A DNA stretch of 64,000 nt from an uncultured Spirochaetota bacterium (lineage in GTDB: Bacteria > Spirochaetota > Spirochaetia > SZUA-6 > Fen-1364): contig CAWJSK010000013.1 in NCBI GenBank assembly GCA_963845535.1, positions 192,001 through 256,000 on the forward strand, written 5' to 3'. Of this stretch, positions 61,539 through 64,000 are shown in pieces. Positions within the stretch are counted from its first letter, which is position 1. The number at the start of each line of letters is the position of its first letter. Position numbers and translations under genes: made by a program. Under the pieces are notes generated by a model, which saw only the letters and a program-made list of their open reading frames with translations, was not told where the DNA came from and did not search any database.

Positions 61539-62906
61539 TTACGGCTCGACGGCGTCCGAGGCATCGTATTCCAGCCATCCCCTCCTGATGAGGTCCCTGT
61601 ACCAGAGCGCGCTCTTTTTCCATTCCCTCTTCTGCGTCGAGAAGTCCGTATGGATCAGCCCGCAGCGCATCGACAGTCCTTTGCTCCACTCGAAGTTGTC
61701 GAGCAGGCTCCAGAAGAAGTAACCCCGGCAATCCGAGCCGTCCCGCAGCGCGCGAGCAACGTGCGCGAGATGGTCCGCCATGTAGGAGACGCGGCCGCCG
61801 TCATCCAGGGGATCAGCTCCGGGAACGTCCGGAATGGGCGGTCCGTTTTCCGTGATCATGCACGGAGGATTGCCAAGCTCGTTCTTCAGCCTCATCAAAG
61901 CCCGGTAGATGCCGGGGGGATGGATCTCGTCTCCCATGGCGGTATGCGGCGCGGAAGGCTCGAAACGCTCCACGGCGTGAAGAAACGGGGTGAAAAAGGA
62001 GTAGCGGTACCTGTTTCTCCGGTAGTAATTTATTCCAACGAAGCTTCCGCGGCCCTCGATGCGGGCCATGTCCTTCTCGAAGCCGCGCGGAAAAAAGCGG
62101 CCCATCCGGTCAAGGACGCGCCGGGGATAGCCGCCGGAACCCATCGGGAAAAGCACGACGCCATTGGCCATGTCATCCATGAAGGCAGCCGCCTCAACAT
62201 CCCTGCGCCGGGAAGGGTCCGCTGGGAGGACGTCCACGTAGTAGTGGGCAAGCCCGGCCATGCCGCCCGGCACGAGAGCCGCGCAGGCGTCGGCGAGCTG
62301 CGCGTGCGCCAGGAGGAGATGATGGGCGCTGTGGAACATCCCTCGAAGATCGAACTTGTGCGCGGGCGGGTATTCCGCCGTGCCGTAGCCCTGGAACGAG
62401 TAGAGGGAAGGCTCATTGATCGTGCACCACTTCTTGACCCTGTCCCCGAGCCTGCGCATGAGGAGCGTCCCCAGCTCGAGCAGGCGGTCCACCGCCTCCC
62501 TGCGCGCGAATCCTCCCCCGCGGGCAAGCCAGAGAGGTTCCTCGAGATGAAAGACCGTCAGGAGGGGGGCAATCCCGGCAGCCAGAAGCACGTCCACCAG
62601 TCTGTCGTAGAAATCGATGCCTTTCTGGTTGACGACCCCCGGCTCGGGGAAGATCCTCGTCCATCCCGTGGAAAACCTGTACGCCGAGAGGCCGAGATCC
62701 CGCATGTGACGGATGTCTTCCTCGAAGCGTCGATAGTGGTCGCACGCAACGTCCCCGTTGGTGGCGTCCTCGATCGTCCCGCGTCGATGAGTGAACTCGT
62801 GCCACGTGGAAGCGGTTGCCCCGTCCGCCAACGGGGAGCCTTCGATCTGGTACGCCGAGGTGGCGGCGCCCCAGAGGAAGCTTTTCGGGAATGTGTACGT
62901 CGCCAT
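61539..62906 (-). CDS. Glycoside hydrolase family 1 (beta-glucosidase)
   Basis: FLWGAATSAYQIEG, TINEP (acid/base), ITENG (nucleophile) and WSLLDNFEW. ATG at 62906. Confidence 0.94.
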   Translation of the reverse strand: MATYTFPKSFLWGAATSAYQIEGSPLADGATASTWHEFTHRRGTIEDATNGDVACDHYRRFEEDIRHMRDLGLSAYRFSTGWTRIFPEPGVVNQKGIDFYDRLVDVLLAAGIAPLLTVFHLEEPLWLARGGGFARREAVDRLLELGTLLMRRLGDRVKKWCTINEPSLYSFQGYGTAEYPPAHKFDLRGMFHSAHHLLLAHAQLADACAALVPGGMAGLAHYYVDVLPADPSRRRDVEAAAFMDDMANGVVLFPMGSGGYPRRVLDRMGRFFPRGFEKDMARIEGRGSFVGINYYRRNRYRYSFFTPFLHAVERFEPSAPHTAMGDEIHPPGIYRALMRLKNELGNPPCMITENGPPIPDVPGADPLDDGGRVSYMADHLAHVARALRDGSDCRGYFFWSLLDNFEWSKGLSMRCGLIHTDFSTQKREWKKSALWYRDLIRRGWLEYDASDAVEP

Positions 62907-62943
62907 GCCGGCGTCCAGGATATCACGCCCCGGGGACGCGTCA

Positions 62944-62972
62944 TAGACCGGAGGAGAGGCGCCCGGTATAAT
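62944..62972 (+). promoter_or_regulatory. Putative sigma70 promoter of yhhQ-queF
   Basis: TAGACC-N17-TATAAT. Confidence 0.6.
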
Positions 62973-62991
62973 CCCGCGAACGGAGACGGTT

Positions 62992-63669
62992 TTGGAGAAA
63001 CAAGGATATCGTTCCCTCAACCTCGTGACGGCGGTATTCGTCACGTGCCTCATCACGTCGAACATCATCGCGGTGAAGATCATAGACGTGCTGGGGGTCG
63101 TGGTTCCGGCGGCCGTGGTCATCTTTCCCCTCAGCTACCTGTTCGGCGACATCCTGACCGAAGTGTACGGGTATGCGCGGTCGCGCCAGGTGATCTGGAT
63201 CGGGTTCGGATGCAACGCCCTTGCCGTCCTTGCAATGTGGATTGGCGGAAGGCTCCCCTCTGCGGTCTTCTGGGACGGCCAGGCCGCGTACGTGCGCATC
63301 CTGGGATCCACCCCACGGCTGCTTCTTGCTTCGTTCAGCGCGTACCTCGTGGGAGAGTTCCTCAATTCGCTCGTCCTTGCCCGCCTGAAGATCGCCACGA
63401 AGGGGCGATGGCTTTGGACCAGGACCATCACGAGCACCCTCGTGGGCCAGGGAGCGGACTCCCTCATCTTCATCGTGATCGCTTTTGCCGGTTCCGTTTC
63501 GACTTCTGACCTCGCGCGCGTGGTCGTTGCCCAGTGGCTCGTCAAGTCGGCGTATGAGACCGTCGCCACTCCCGCCACCTACGCCATCGTGAGATTCCTG
63601 AAGAGAACGGAGCGGGAGGACTATTACGATTACAAGACTGATTTCAATCCCTTCCGGCTGAAGGGATGA
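62992..63669 (+). CDS. yhhQ: Queuosine precursor transporter (YhhQ/QPTR family)
   Basis: [32 protein letters not shown] and DSLIF motifs. Adjacent to queF. Confidence 0.92.
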   Translation: MEKQGYRSLNLVTAVFVTCLITSNIIAVKIIDVLGVVVPAAVVIFPLSYLFGDILTEVYGYARSRQVIWIGFGCNALAVLAMWIGGRLPSAVFWDGQAAYVRILGSTPRLLLASFSAYLVGEFLNSLVLARLKIATKGRWLWTRTITSTLVGQGADSLIFIVIAFAGSVSTSDLARVVVAQWLVKSAYETVATPATYAIVRFLKRTEREDYYDYKTDFNPFRLKG

Positions 63670-63679
63670 GGAGGCTGCC

Positions 63680-64000
63680 ACGAAAGCACCGAGGCGCGCA
63701 ACGGAGAGTCTCTCAGCGGGATTGACGCTCCTCAGGAAGAAAAAGGCCAGGCCCGTGAGAAAGCTGGAGGCTTTCCCGAACCGGACCCCCGGCCGCCGCT
63801 ATACGGTGACGCTCGTGTGTCCCGAGTTCACGTGCGTGTGCCCCATGACGGGCCAGCCGGATTTCGGCACCATCACCATCCACTACGTCCCGGATCGAAA
63901 GATCCTGGAGTCGAAATCCCTCAAGCTGTACCTCTGGTCCTACCGGCAGGAGGGCGCGTTCCACGAGCACGTGACCAACCGCATCCTTGACGACGTGGTG
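63680..64000 (+). CDS. queF: preQ0 reductase QueF type I (3' truncated by the window, start codon unusual)
   Basis: My translation reads ...GLTLL...LEAFPN...[16 protein letters not shown]...[30 protein letters not shown]. It is absent from the ORF track because it runs off the window. Confidence 0.93.

Noticed and set aside
62907..62991. preQ1 riboswitch upstream of yhhQ-queF
   Set aside because: The predicted leader is only about 12 nt and lacks the stem-loop plus A-rich tail of preQ1-I.
61380..63509. 709-aa plus-strand ORF and other long antisense ORFs (for example 22945-24666, 41835-43412, and the first half of 34115-36802)
   Set aside because: These are stop-poor shadow frames typical of high-GC coding DNA. 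They have no recognisable motifs and overlap well-supported genes.

Overview
This GC-rich window comes from a spirochaete (class Spirochaetia), judged from the FlbB collar protein, a Treponema-type FlgE and the flagellar gene order. From 1 to 25.2 kb it holds the large flagellar/chemotaxis operon (fliH-fliI-fliJ-flbB-fliK-flgD-flgE-flbD-fliL-fliM-fliY-fliZ-fliP-fliQ-fliR-flhB-flhA-flhF-flhG-hyp-fliA-fapA-hyp-hyp-cheW-cheA-cheY), with motAB missing from its usual slot. From 25 to 51.7 kb are envelope and housekeeping genes: maf, a class B PBP, two LysM/M23 peptidases, a bactofilin-like membrane protein, secA, nnr, two divergent EF-G paralogues in tandem, argS, ileS, hisHF and an FmdB zinc-ribbon gene. 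The 51.7-59.9 kb sulfur/metal region is the most interesting part. It contains thiI plus a cysteine desulfurase, an ArsR-led operon with a Thermococcales-like HypA and ATPase-type HypB pair, and a convergent ArsR-DsrE2-TusA-DsrM-like-DsrK-like operon. The cytochrome b subunit of that last operon carries an N-terminal tail with four (D/Q)AVS(A/S)AS repeats that resemble ApbE flavinylation sites, and its tusA is frameshifted. From 60 to 64 kb are an epimerase, a small beta-barrel protein, a GH1 glycosidase and yhhQ-queF. No rRNA, tRNA, CRISPR array, transposase or prophage gene was recognised. All calls come from reading motifs by eye, with no database search.
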